Source: Hyphochytrium catenoides (lineage: Eukaryota; Protista; Hyphochytriomycota). Taken from it: DNA of 64,000 nucleotides. Each line of letters opens with the position of its first letter. Position 1 is the stretch's first letter. Under the pieces are notes generated by a model that worked only from the letters and a program-made list of their open reading frames with translations, was not told where the DNA came from and searched no databases. Of this stretch, positions 35,632 through 49,183 are shown in pieces. The stretch lies in contig FLMG01000211.1 of NCBI GenBank assembly GCA_900088475.1, positions 17,077 through 81,076 on the forward strand. Direction: 5' to 3'. The translations under genes were made by a program, and so were the position numbers.

Positions 35632-36457
35632 TCACTTTGCTTATACAACTGTGGAAACGGGCGGCAGGATGAGTCCGGTGCTCAACACACCTCACAGGAA
35701 TGGGAAAGTGCTTATCCCATCACTAAGTGCAGAAATGGTTCCTCCAGGGCTCACACCCAGCAGCACCAATTCTCGGTAAGGGCGCAACCACCTACAGCAT
35801 TCTTCAGCTGGATCTCCATTGTATGTAAGGCGCAAGGCGCAGAGTGGCTTCTTGAGTGCGTAAAGAAAAGGTTGGCCACGTTCAGGTCGAGCTCGTTTAT
35901 GAAGATTCTGATCAGTGTCTCCAGAAATCTTTCAGTACACTATCAGATTCTCTAAAGTGGATAAGAACACACAGTCTCGAGAATAGTTACCAAAATGGCT
36001 CATAATATTAGCAATAATGGTGATAAATATTCCATATGGAGCTAGTGGTTACCCAAAACAAACAGGAGAGTAGAGCGATGGCGTTTGGGGAGGAGAGAGT
36101 TTGCCCGTCTTGCCGTTTGCTTGATAGCGCGGCAAGCGCTGCAGGCCAGAGAAAGAGAAGAAAAGAGCAAAGACGACCCGGTATTTGAAGGCAGGCAATG
36201 TGGCAAGGATGAGATGCGCACCAGGTAGCCTGTGCAAACGAAGCAGAAGAGTACAGAAGACAAGCAAAGCGAAGGGGCAGAGAGAGATAGCTCATCCATT
36301 GGAAGTAGTTGCCGAGGACGAGTGCTAGGATCAAGAGAAGAGCATCGCTTTCGAATGGAAAAGCCTAGAAGAGGAACGAGATATTAGGATTTTGACTCTC
36401 CGGTAATCTGCTTAGTGAACCAACTTCCAGCAGAGTTCAGTCTTTGTCGCTTTGGCA

Positions 36458-39400
36458 CTAGTCGAACACCATTGGCCCGGGAGGAGGTGTCGTGACCCTC
36501 TTGAGGCTTGTTGTTTCCCTGCAGAGCTCCACCCTTGGAGGCAAGCGGAAAGTCGTCTGGTAACGGTTGAGTAGCTCAAATTAGACCCTATTAGTGCTTC
36601 TTTTGACGTAGAGCCGCCTTACCGTCTTCATCGGAGTCATAAGGAACCAAGCGCTTCGGTGGCTCTGGCGGATTGTACTCTTCTCCGTTCTGGCGATGCA
36701 TCACCGAAGAGGGATGAATAAGCTATCGTTAGCTCAAGGACTAGAAGCATGAGCTCCACCTCGGGAAAAATATATAGCCCCAGACGATTGAGAAGACGTC
36801 ATAATAGCTGGTCAGCAGAAACAGCCCGGCTCCTTTTGCATACACTTACCTCAAGAGTGGCGGTAGACGTTGTGTTCTCATTTTCTTCGTCTTCATTGAA
36901 GTACGATTCATCCTCGTCTTCTACTGCCCGCCGACGGGCGGACGCCGTTTGTGCATTGTTGTCAGATGACGGGTTCCCGTTGTTCTCTGCGTCCATATTC
37001 TGCTCATGTCTCAGCAGCAAAGTTTTGAAAGTAGGAACGTAGTCCAGATCCTTAAAAACGGGACCATAACTTTCGCATATATACTTGACGAGGCTCTTGA
37101 TATTCTTCTGCAGAGAGACAAAAAGTGTGTTCATCTTTTACCCTCGTAAGTACGATAATATAAGAAGAGAGGCAGAACTTACGCTTTGGATGAAGTCTAG
37201 CAACTCAATGATGGAGGAGTTGAGAAGGTTATTTCGATGATTATTGGCGATGAACTCTTTGAAGATCGGCGCGAAGAGGTCATTGCTGGCGAAGTTTCTG
37301 TTGTAGAACTCGTCCATCACACCGACGCAGGTTCTAATAAACCTAATTGCCGCTGAAGGAGAGTGGACATAGTCAGTGTCTGAATGCTGGAGAAGCCAAA
37401 TAGACAACGCGCCTGGGAACTAATGGGACAGTGGTAGAATATCAAGAAGATTTTCTTGCCGTACCTAGCTTTAAAAACTTCTCCTTGGCGTTAAGTAGTC
37501 CGAGGACACTTGAAGGGATGTGATTACGGAGGATGTGATACTTGATTCGATAGCCATGAGTCACAGCACAGAAGCACAAAAGGTCACAGACGTGATTCTT
37601 AGCAGCTGCATTTGCCACCGGACCTGCAATAGGGTGATTTTCTTTAGAGGTCAAGGACAGTATCGTGGTTATCGACGGTTTAGGAACGACGAGCGCCTTC
37701 GAATCATAAACCCTCTTAGGCTGTCGCTGAATCAGTCTTCTTTAACCTACAGCTGCGACACAACGTTGGCTCTGCCTCACCTGTTTGAGCTGCTAGCTTC
37801 TCGTTTACTAGTGGTTCCAGGAGCCAGTGGAAGTAAAAGTCGTAAAACGCACCAAGAAATTGGTCTCCCACTGGTGGCTAGGAAAAGGATAAACACAGTT
37901 AAGTAAAGTGTGTGGAGCCAAATGACGAAGGTGACGGAGTTGTGTTGCAAGATGAAGAGGAGTAGCTTCGAGAGCGCGAGACTGAGGAAGTGTAGGACAT
38001 TATCTTGGAAACCGCTAAAACAGAGTAACGTTGTCACGGGTGAGCCATCACCTTCATGCTTTCGGGATCTATGAGTGACCTCAGCGTATCGGCCGCATGT
38101 GCCAGTACTCCCACATCACTGTGAGTAGACAGCTGCCTTATGACATGATACAGAATGTTGTCTCCGCTTTTTTCTTGACGGTTGCGGGCGGCGTTGGTTG
38201 TCTAATTAAAAAGCGCCGTGTCAGTGTGATCAGTTCAGGTGGTCCCCAGCTAGAGGTCCGTAACCAAGAGTGCAGACATACATAGTGCGGGTGATGTCTC
38301 TCACCCTATGCAGATCTAGAATGAGCAGCACGCACAACCACTGTAATGAACGTAGACTTTAAGGTAAGCATATGAGAGTAGGCGTCGCCCACGAAATAAT
38401 TCCGAACTGCCCTTCAGGGACAAGTGCAGAGATTGAAGAAGCCTTAATCAGTTCCAAAAACTGACGTAGCCTTACATAAACGGCGCTGAGAGCTCCTGCT
38501 GCGGCCGCCACATGGGGAGGTGGAGGAGGGTGGTTTCCCTTGGACACAATATGTGACCGCAGGAGGTTGGGCTCAAAAGTAGCTACTAGGGACAGTGACT
38601 CCAGGAGGTGCAACATTTCTGTGGTGGATGTCCGCGGGTCCTTCAAAATTTCGGTGAAGCACGACAGGACTGGTGTATCCTCAAAGACTACATAGAGAAC
38701 GGAGAGAGGTCAGGTTACATGGGTCTCCACGATTGGCCAGCAAAATCAACAATCGGGAAGTAACTATATCTTTCTCTGCGAGGGCGTACAGCAGAATGGA
38801 AACAGACACGATCAAAACTTAGACAGGGCGTCACGTACGACCACTGGGTAAGGCAAGCAAGGAATAGGACTGTAAGCGTCAAATAATGGCTCAATGAAAC
38901 TCAAACCAGATGCTAAATTAACGTTGCCGACAATCAAAGACAAGTAGCTTTCAGCAGCTTACCACTTCTGTAAGCCTGCCGCCGGTCTTCGGGAGACAAT
39001 ATCTTCATTAGAGTACAGAGCTCTTTCAGGAGAGTTATCCCGCTTTCTCTGTCTTCTCCGTCTCCGTCACGAAGCACTTTAAATCTAAGAATGCCATTAG
39101 CAGGACATCCCGCGCATGGCCGGCAGATAACAATCACATGACCTCGAGCTACTAGAATAACCACGACAGAGTAGTGTAACAACGATCCGCAGTATAGAAC
39201 TAAGATGCGACGCTACCAGCAGAAGAGTACTGAGATAGCTGTGTCATAGCATTGAGGACAAAGAAAGAGAATGGAGAGATTACATACAAGGTAGCTAGAT
39301 AGTTCTCGTTCGCTACGAGCCCTGATACAATCCTAACGTTGTTCGCAAATATAAGAGCGGCCAAAAACTGGAGTGTACTATCATCCAGCGAACGGCGGAG

Positions 39401-41287
39401 TACAATGTCCTTCAAGTAAGACAGTCTGAAGCTGATGTGAATCATATTTCGGACGGCCTCATCTTCTACAGGAACAACCTAAGATTTCACCCTGGTCAGT
39501 GCTCGATATGGACGGCTTTCTAGTCGGCAACAAAGCGTTGCCCTTTCGGTAGACAAGCTTGCCTTTTCCCCTCCTAGCTCGCTTGTTGGCCATAACCTAC
39601 TCCATTCTTCATTCATTCCTGCTTGTACTATCTCCGAGTAGATCGCAATGTCTCTACTCAACTGAAACGTAACTCGTCCTTCCCTTCTCAGCTCCTTCCT
39701 AGTTTCCCTCCAAGTCTTCCTTCGCTACTGTTGGACCCACCTGACGAAACTTTGCATCTTCCTTGAAGAACTCTCTATATCTAGGCCGAGGGGTGATGTC
39801 AGGATCGTACTCGAAGATCCCGAAGGTCTGTTGGTAGAAGTCATTGCCTAGCAATAAATGAACCAGCTGCTCCTGATGGAGAGCCACTGTAGCAAAAAGT
39901 GAAAGGGGCAAAAAAGGGAAGTTTGCCGAAGGCGACGTTAGGACAGGCACGACACTTCATGCATGCCACGCTCTTCCACGACATCATGTACCTATGCCCT
40001 TGAAAACGGCAAACATAAGCCTGAGGCTAGTCTCGTCCTCCAAGTCCTCCAGATACTCGAAAACTTGGTAGAGGCTTCGCAAATACGCAGCATCCTTTGA
40101 AGAAATTGGTAAGAAGAGGCTATGTAAGATTCTTATTATAAGGGGGTGAGGTTGACTCCGGCCGTACCGCCCGACGGTAGTGTCACAAAAAACACCCTCA
40201 ACAAGCAAATGAGGGAGGATGTTCCTTCGCTCCTGGCCAGACTTACATCTTTCAAAAGCTGCATCGCTACAGTCTCCTTCCTACTCGGGATCGTGTTGAC
40301 TACCCGCAAGATTTCTTGCAAGTTACCCATCTGGGGGCTAGGCAGCTCGAGCGGCGTTTGAGACTGAAAGCCTATATCTGAATCTGAAGCCGAGAATCGT
40401 AAGAAGAAGGATGGTAGCGGCAGCCCTTCTTTTTTTCTTTTTAGAAATACACCGTGAAAAGCAACGTAGGAAGTAAGCTTGTAACAACTTGGTCAACAAT
40501 AGAGCAACATCTTGCCATACTATCGGGCGAGGTAAAGACGGAGGCGTAGACTTGTTCATCACCTTCGGAAAGCCTTGAAGCTTCTGGACCAATAAAGCCC
40601 TCCTCATTCTGAAAATCTCTAGAGAATTTGCCTTGTAAGGTCTGAATGCGATTCCTATCACAAGGGCCAATGACAGATCGGTATGATATACTCCACGTAA
40701 AATATTCTTGATCTTTGCGCAAGAGCAGTAACTACGTCTCCATGGCTAGAGCAACCTTACCAAATTTCTGCGCATCCTGACGTTTCCTGAAAACTTAGTG
40801 CAAGGCCCTCCCAGATAACAATATTCTCTGAAAGACAAAGGTCAGAAAAGGCGGCTGCCAAGGAGTGCTGCAAGCCATAGCTCTCTTACCGCCTTGCTTT
40901 TGGTAGTTCGCATTCATTTCTATCTTGGAGTCCAACAAGGGAGCACCTTCTGGGTTGATCTTCCCATCGGAGTCTGGGACGACTAACAATGTTGACAGTC
41001 CTTCCTCGGGTGGCTGTGCAAAGAAAAGCGCCAGGCATGAATGCATTGACCCGGATATTGCATAAGAAGCTGCCTCTTCATACCCGCTCGTTGCAGGAGA
41101 CCCATCCTGTTCCAAGATCGTCCCACTCTCCAGTGTCGTTGAGAGAGTAGAGTTTCACTCTCCAGGTCTTGCCACCATTTCCATCCTTGCTGTTTACATT
41201 GTTCTCAGAGAAGAGCTTTGACTTTTCTGTCGTGTCAGGGGCATCTGCAACCGCAGCTCCATTGTCGGTTTCACCGCTAGCTTCCAT
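36458..41287 (-). CDS. PPP4R3: Protein phosphatase 4 regulatory subunit 3 (SMEK/Psy2), about 16 introns; 3' end approximate
   Basis: EVH1-like N-terminus WRVKLYSLNDTGEWDDLGTGWV and LALSFQETSGCAEIW. SMK-1 region FGIFEYDP and IHISFRLSYLKDIVL. Also CDLLCFCAVTHGYRIKYHILRN, AAIRFIRTCVG, NNLLNSSIIELLDFI and YVPTFKTLLLRHEQ. Confidence 0.93.
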
Positions 41288-42442
41288 CCTGACCACCAAA
41301 GTTATTGGGTGACCTGGTACCGACTATCAAACCATACTTCGGATCACTGGCCCTAACCTAGAGATTGCGACCCCAAGGTAAAGGATGTCTAACCCAGGTT
41401 TGACCGTGAAGGGACGACGTTTGACTAAGGAAGTTGTAGAAAAGCTAGCCGCCAGGTTTCCCGCAAGATAAGGACGAGGACCAGGCATCTAGTATAGGAC
41501 GTTAGGGACAGCAGCAGAGTAGCGACGTCGTTGTTGAAATAGTTAGAGCAATGTGATCGGAGCTAACGTCAACAAGGATATCAAGAATCCCTTAGGCCAG
41601 CCACAGATATCCTGGCCCCCCGACTACTCTGTCACTAGTGAAGTTCAGGGCGGAGAGAGCAGCTATCGGGAAGCGGAATCAGGAGAAATCTATGAAACCT
41701 CTGCACTCGATTGCGGGGCTGTGCACTCGAAGGTTGCAAGCTGTGACAAAAGCTTCAAAATCTCTGGAAGCGAGTTGAGCCCAAGGAGGAAAGATGAGGG
41801 GCAGAGAACCCCACCAACCGGGCGTAATAATATGCATCCAAACTATACCTTCCAGACGGTTAAGAGACTAATACTACCTCTCGAGATTGATTGAACTTGA
41901 TTATCGCCTGTTAGTAATCACCACCTGCGCTGTAGCAATTTGCCAAAGGCCGAAGGAAGGTCATTTCTTAGGCAGACGCCAGATCTCTGTGAGAGAGAGG
42001 GTTGATACAATTTTATACAGTAAGTGAAAGGTCAATGCAGACAGGAGTGATAGAGATCGCTTGGAAGTCAGCTCCTGCCTGTACGAGTAGATGACAAGCA
42101 GGTTTACGCTGTAAGGCAGGAAGGCAGAGCGCGTGTGAGCTTCATTCGCTAAGTTATAAGCAAGCACTGCAATTCTGTGTTTGCTGGGCGAACGTGAGCA
42201 TTAAGATCGACCACTTTCGCACGTCCCTGATTTTGGTCAGTAGCGACAGATTGATCATGCGTCACAGATGATCGTGGATTGCGTTGGTGGCGACGTCGGG
42301 CCAATGGCACCATCGTTGATGCTCTTTGTATCCTACTACACCCTTGCAGCGGTACCCCCTTGGACATCGTGTACACAACGCCTGCATTAGTTGCTCTACT
42401 TATAAGGTAAATTGGGACAGCATGTAGACTAAACACTGTGTC

Positions 42443-44981
42443 CTAGCTGTGGATCTTCTTGATGTGCATCAAAGCTCGTTCGATGCTTTCGGTCATCCCT
42501 TCACTATCCGTCTCCTCACAACTCTTGAAGCTTGTAACGTTAATGGGCACATTGTCATCAAAGATGAGATATCCAATACCATAACCATCCTCAGCTACTG
42601 CTCCAAAGTTGAAGAAGTCATAAAGTGGCGTTGTAACATTGCTGGACGAAATGCGCCATGTGGAGCTCCGTACGCGAATAGGATCCTTGAAGAAAGGATG
42701 GACTTTGCCTTCTTTGGATGCAATGGACGAAAGAGCAAGCAGGTGCCGGTCGCAACCCATACCCTTCTGTGCAAGCTTTGCAACTTCAATATGCTTTTCA
42801 GCCGCTTTCCGGAACGTGGCCTTCTGCTTGTCGTTGGAGTCATTGTTTAGGACCGATTTTACAAACGCTGCCGCCTCTGGAGGTATAAGGAAAGGGGCAG
42901 TGTTTACTTTTCGTTCCACATGCATAATAGAAGGGACTAGTCCAGCGAGGCGATCTCCAAAATCATCATCAGCAGGAAGCCAGAAAGACTATTTAGCTGG
43001 GTACGCAAAAACATAAAAGTATGAGGGTCATGGAAAGGCGAACAAACGCACCGTTAGTACACGAACGAATGGTCTCCGTCCGACCATGAAGAAAGTTGCG
43101 GACCGCGCATGACTCATAAGTGGGAGGCAAGACACCGTGCGCGCGGAAGAACGCCAACTGGAAGGATAGCTGAACAACCGCATCTGGACTCAGCTTCCAC
43201 GTCTGATGTGCACAAATCAAAGAGAGATCTGACTGTTAACACACAAATATGTGAATGCGGTCGGCTACGCTTACATCTTACCTTCATGAGATTCTTTCCA
43301 TAACTATCAAAGTTCAGCAAGCTAGATTGATTATTGGTGATTTCAGCCTGAAAGCGGCGATCCGCAACCTCGATGCCGTCCAGCACTGATTGTGGCAGGT
43401 TAAATGTCAGAGCCTGCGGTTTCACAGGACTTTTCAAGACAGATGGAGCCTTGGGTAGTTTAGAAAAGCCACTCTCTGTTCCGTGCATATCATGCCAGGC
43501 TTCGTGCTGCTCGCAAAACGCGATTGTCAGAAGGCTCTAGCTCATGTAAGCTCGGCTTCAGGAGAGATATCGAAAAACTTACAATCCAGCGGTTCCAGGT
43601 CATTCCGTCCGAGAAGGAGTGTTCAAAGTTGATTCCCATCTGGCCATCGGGAGCAACAATAATCTGATGCTTATCAAACCATCTGTTCAAGAGAAAGCCA
43701 GCAAGACAACGGCAAGAATGAGGGTACTAGATCTCAGGGGTGGTCCGAAATAGTGCCATGTCCCTAGTAGATTGTGCGGATCGTTCACCTGTTTCTTCCG
43801 TTGCCGTGCAGTATCATGACAGACTTCTCCAACTCCGTCTCCGGCTTCTCGTCTTCTAGAACAACTACAGCGAGAGCAGAATCGATCGCTTCCAAAGACG
43901 CTCTATTCGTCTCATCGGCCTATATTACCGACGTTAGGCGGCGAGCAAAGAATGGTAAAAGGTACAAGCTAAGGTAGAAATGTCGCAAACTCTTTACCTA
44001 AAGGAAAGAAAGACATACCTCAAGGGTAGCCCTATGTTTGGCCCATTCATTACGTTCCTGAGTCGTCAGAACGCCAAGATACGGCCCTTTACCCTGCAAA
44101 CATCAACGCTTGAGAGACAGTACAGACGCAGGAGCTTTGGCTAGGTCTACCTTTGGGGCATTGATTATGGACTGCAGGCTTGCGGTCAGCTCATTCTCTG
44201 AAATCTGACTACCATCGGTGCCAAGGACCTCGACTTTGTAAAAGTACGGACCACGGATAACAACAATATGCCTCGAATCCTCGAACAGGGTTACGATGTC
44301 TCGGTCCTTCCGTGCTATACGACCACCACCAAATTGCAGGGGATATTGGGACATGTCTTGTGGTCCCTTGTCTGGTTCGAGCGCACTGGATTTTACTTTT
44401 CTGGACCAGTTGACGCATGAACCGACAAACTTGGCAGCTCTTAAAGCTTGGTCCATCCATCCGCTGTTTTCCTCGTCAATAAGGCCATATCCAGGATTGC
44501 TATTGATAGGGATGCTGTAGCGGCCAGCCAGATACATTGCGTCCCAGTCCTCTTCAATGTAACTGTAGGGGTAGCCGCCATTGGCCTCCTGCTTTTTGGT
44601 TCTTGCCACCAGCTATGGAATAGTTTAGACTAGAGAAAGAAGAACTCCGATTAATGGGTCGATACCTGCTCATGGAGTTTCGGTCCATCTGTCTTCTGAA
44701 AGTCGCGAACGAGCTTCTCGTGTTCGGCAAATTTATTATCCGAGACCAGAGGCTTGATAGAAGACAGGTAAAGACTTAGGGTTTGGTCCAGTTCAGGAAT
44801 GGGAAGCCTTGGAAGATTCAGTGGATTGCCATAACGCAGATCCTTATAGTTTGGCCTACAGTATTAGGATGAGGAGTCATCATTACAACTTCAACGAAGA
44901 CAGCTACACTTACAGCGTAGCGAGTTGTCGATATGGTATCCGCATAGCAAGGCGCTGCCGCGCCTGATGAATCATCAGCAT
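42443..44981 (-). CDS. Mitochondrial carnitine O-acyltransferase (CPT2/CrAT-like), multi-exon
   Basis: Arg-rich transit-like N-terminus [20 protein letters not shown]. Motifs [21 protein letters not shown], catalytic [49 protein letters not shown] and [13 protein letters not shown]. Confidence 0.92.
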
Positions 44982-45431
44982 GGTTCCCAGTGGTAAGAGC
45001 TTGATTGGCACGTTGGGCGATTCCTTCAGGAGTTGGGTTGGGTTGAAGCACTGTGAAGCTCAAGGTTCAAGTTCTGAAGCTCACGTCTTCATCTGCAACA
45101 AGAATAACTGACACCTTTGGGTGTACTGACTGAGATCTTCCAGGTCAAATAGCTAAAGGAGACCTACCCAATGACTAGTCGGCGGCGATGAACGCTGGAT
45201 GTCTCCTCCTGGCTCCCAACTATAGAGGTAAAGGTTTTTTATTCAGTAATATACTTATTGACTTCTACTATAGCCTTCTTTTGTAATTGACGTAATGCGA
45301 CTTTTATAGGTCGCTGTTGTTCTGGATTCAGAAGATACACTGCACTTGAGGCACTACTAATAACTGTAGGAACTAAAGGACCCTACGAACAGTCATAGAA
45401 ACAGAGTCTCCTTCTCCCTTCTCCCCATACA

Positions 45432-45485
45432 GTACCCCTGTTCGTACCAGTATGTACTCCTGTACACCCAGGCTGTACGAGGTAC
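45432..45485. promoter_or_regulatory. Dense GTAC cluster (6 copies in 54 bp) in the divergent acyltransferase/RPA1 intergenic region
   Basis: GTAC at 45432, 45444, 45454, 45462, 45475 and 45482. Confidence 0.4.
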
Positions 45486-45560
45486 CACTCGCATTACAGA
45501 TTGATTCAATTAAAGCTGCATTCTTCAGAATATATGACTATAATATTTGGAAGAATGTGG

Positions 45561-45627
45561 TTTGAATTTTAGAAGGCCGTCATGTTTCGCGCCAAAGCAT
45601 TGACCAAGTGCGACACTCCCGCCAAAA
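45561..45627 (+). promoter_or_regulatory. E2F-binding sites with a CHR-like element upstream of RPA1
   Basis: TTTGAA at 45561, TTTCGCGCCAAA (overlapping inverted E2F sites) at 45585-45596 and CCCGCCAAAA (TTTTGGCGGG on the minus strand) at 45618-45627. These lie 140-210 bp upstream of an S-phase gene. Confidence 0.65.
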
Positions 45628-45768
45628 TGGAACTGAAAACTGGAGACAGAAGCAGAACTCTTACTCCTGGGCTTACAACTGAGAAGCTTCAGACAAATCG
45701 CAGATAGAGTCTTCCGAGCTAACAGTCTAGAGCAAATCTTGCCTACTTCCGACGATCACATCGTAACC

Positions 45769-48700
45769 ATGACCGCTTTGTCTCCCAGCTCGATTGCAGC
45801 TATTCTAAGCGGCAGAACGGACTTTCACCCAGTCGTTCAGGTATAGTGTCAGCTTCGTGCCATGGCTATCGCTGCTGCTGATGGTCTGTCCGCAATAGAT
45901 TCTCGAGGCGAAGCGCATTCCTAACATTCAACAGGAGAGATACAAGTAAGTCTGAAGAGTTCCCTGAATGCTATGAAGAGGCTAATAGTTACCAAACCTA
46001 GGCTAGTAATCTCCGATGGATCGCACTTTTGCCAGGCGATGCTGGCCACACAGCTTCACAATGTAAGGGTCTGCTCCTCCGGCGAATAATCTCTGATACT
46101 AAAGCTATCTGCTTCAGCTCATAGTCAGCCAAAAGATGGGCGTGAATTCTGTCATACGACTTGAGGAATTTGTCTGCAATGAAATCCAAGGACGAAAGTA
46201 AGAGAAGCTGATGCTACAACGGATATTACCTTTATCTCATTGTGAGTTGCCTACCCTTCAGGATAGTGATAGTGCTTCATCTTGAAGTACTTGTCCAAGA
46301 CGCAGGCCATAAGATTGGGAACCCTCAGATGTTTGAGAGCGGAGGAGCTGCACGTCCAGCTCAAACAGCAGCCCCGCCCATGCAACCTCAACAGCGGACT
46401 TATGCACAGCCTCAGACTACTTCACAAACCTACGGGCAGCCAAACAACCCAACACCGAGCTATGGACAGTCGAATACGCGTCCAGCTTATGGGCAGACGA
46501 CTGGAGCGTCTAGCTATGGCCAAACTAATGCGAATGTGGGCCAAAGGGAACCCTACAGGGCACCGCAGCAATCAACAGGCTCTTCTGCCTATGGAGGTTA
46601 CCAGCAGGTAACCTTGTCACTCACCGCGTTCCCTTCATTACCCTTCCCCTATTTAGCAACCCCGAGGAAGGGGACTAACGCGATCATTTGGCTCCCAGTC
46701 CAACCCATACATGCAAAATCGGGCCGCCCCTGTTGTCCGAGACGACGGCGACGCCCCACGAGTGGCTACCATCAAGATGCTCAACCCCTATCAAAACCGA
46801 TGGACTATTAAGGCAAGGCTAACGGCCAAGTCTGAGATTCGCCGTTGGTCAAATGCGCGGGGAGAAGGCAAGCTGTTCAGCATTGATCTTCTGGACAACA
46901 GCGGGGAAGTGCGCGCTACCTTTTTTAAAGNNNNNNNNNNNNNNNNNNNNNNNNNNNNNNNNNNNNNNNNNNNNNNNNNNNNNNACTTCTCTCCGCTAGA
47001 TGTACTACCTTTCAGGCGGGAGAGTCAAGGTTGCGAACACCAAGTACACAAGCATCAAAAACGAATATGAGATCACCTTCGACACAAACTCCGAGATCAG
47101 ACCAGCGCCTGAGGACGAAAATGTTGCCAAGATGAACTATTCGTTTAGGTTAGGTTTCGTCTGAAGAGTTGCACACAATGCCTTCACTTTTGCTGGTTGG
47201 CTAAAATGTGTACTGCGCTGCCCTGGCCTGCCAATATTTGGCTCATATAAATTAGGAAAATCGAGGAGATGCAGAACTTGGATGCCAACGCCACTGTAGA
47301 CGTCGTGGCCGTTGTAAGAAGTGTTGGAGACTTGGGAGAACTGACCTCGAAACAAGGCAAAGATGTAAGAGAGGACGAGGCCATCCAAATTTTTGACCAG
47401 TCACCCTCTTAGTCATTTCCGCTCCCCGTTCAACTGTTCATGCAATTGACTTTGACAGCTTACCAAGAGGGACATAACGGTCTTTGACGATTCTGGAAGT
47501 GAGATCCGACTCACTCTCTGGAACGAAAAGGCAAGGATCAACGAAGCGGATTGGGCAGATAACCCAATCATTGCTGTTAAGGGTGCGAAAGTGAACGACT
47601 ACAATGGGAAAACTCTCTCTTCCATTTCGTCGACCATGATCCAGATAAATCCCAGCATTCCTGAGGCTATTGCTCTCAAGAGATGGTAAGCGGACGGAAA
47701 CTGACGAGTGAGAGAATGACCCAATGCCATCAATGAGCAAGAACTTAGACATCATGCACGCGTTTCTACTACTTTCTAGAGCTGCTTGCCATACTAACAC
47801 TGCATCTGGCTCCTTTGCTAGGTTTGACACCGCTGGGGTGACCACAAGTACCAAATCTCTTTCACTCTCTGGAGGTGGAGGAGGTGGCAATGATTCTTTC
47901 GCAACCAGGAAGACTATTTCCAGCATCAAGGAGGAGAGATTGGGATTTGGAGAGAAGCCTGACTATATAACCGTCAAAGCTACCGTGAGCTTTATCAAGC
48001 ATGACACACAGAACTGGTTCTACACAGCGTGTGAACATTGTCACAAGAAGGTCACACAGGTACGATGTCTACATGACGTAGTAGAGCAACAGCAGAGCAA
48101 CACACAAGAGGAAGGGTAGCGAGAGATAGAAGTAGAAGACGGTGCCCTCCCTTGCCTATCGTAACCGGTGGGGGTTCCCTCCATAGTAAAGGGGTGAAGT
48201 TCGGGCCCAGTCAGCCAGCAATGCTGACGTCGTACTGCTGGCCTCCTAGGATCTCAACGGCCACTTTGTGTGCGACCGGTGCAATAAGACCATGGAGAGA
48301 TCAGAGTATCGCTACATTCTCTCCCTTACCGCCAACGACCATACAGGGAGCACTTGGATGACAGCCTTTAATGACCAGGCAGTAACGCTGCTGGCAAAGA
48401 GTGCCAATGAACTGGCTGAATTGCAGCTTGCAAACGAGGCAGCCTATGAGAGTGTCTTTCAACAGGCTTGCTTCAAGACTTACGTTATGAGGCTCAGAGT
48501 CAAGGTAAATGCTTGTCATGTGGTGTGTGTCCCCTGGTTGGCCACCTGCTTTTTACCTTCACATTCAGAGAAAGGCTATATGTAACCCGGTCTATGGTGA
48601 CCTCAGTGCGATTTTTTCCCCATACCCTTCTCTCTCCGTCTAAGCGNNNNNNNNNNNNNNNNNNNNNNNNNNNNNNNNNNNNNNNNNNNNNNNNNNNNNN

Positions 48701-48809
48701 NNNNNNNNNNNNNNNNGAGTCACGGCTAAAGGTCGGAGTGGCATCACTCCAACCATTAAACTTTGTGAAAGAGACCAAAGAGATGCTTGACGTTATTGAA
48801 CAGTATTAG
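45769..48809 (+). CDS. RPA1: Replication protein A 70 kDa subunit, multi-exon, spans two N gaps
   Basis: [21 protein letters not shown] (DBD-F), a Q/Y/G-rich linker, [50 protein letters not shown], zinc-finger [12 protein letters not shown]...CDRCNK and [14 protein letters not shown]. Confidence 0.96.
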
Positions 48810-49183
48810 GGCCGCCGTGGTAGGAGAAAGCGGGTAATTGGCTGAAGAAGTGAGGCAGGGGTCTCGGTGTTTGGTGCAAAGAGTGAGTCACTGGCAGCAA
48901 CTAATTTGTGAATATATAAATGGGAACAGTCGTAGTGAAGTCTCAGTGAGCAAGAGAGAGCCAACCATTAGTCGGTTGGTCACTATCTCTCCGCCTCTCT
49001 TTCTCTCTGTGCTGTGTCTCCCTCTCTGTCTTCTCCTTCCACGTTAGCTTTAGGACGTGCACCGGACGCTTATATCAACTATCTTTCTTATCGTTAAAGA
49101 TGGTGGATTCTCATATATATATGTAAAGTTCGTAGCAAAGAAGAGTAGTTTGAAAGAATGAGATAAGAGAGCAAGCAGCTAAC

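Noticed and set aside
41553-41894. 113-aa ORF between PP4R3 and the acyltransferase
   Set aside because: Starts at GTG, has no motif, and lies in probable promoter or 3' flank sequence.
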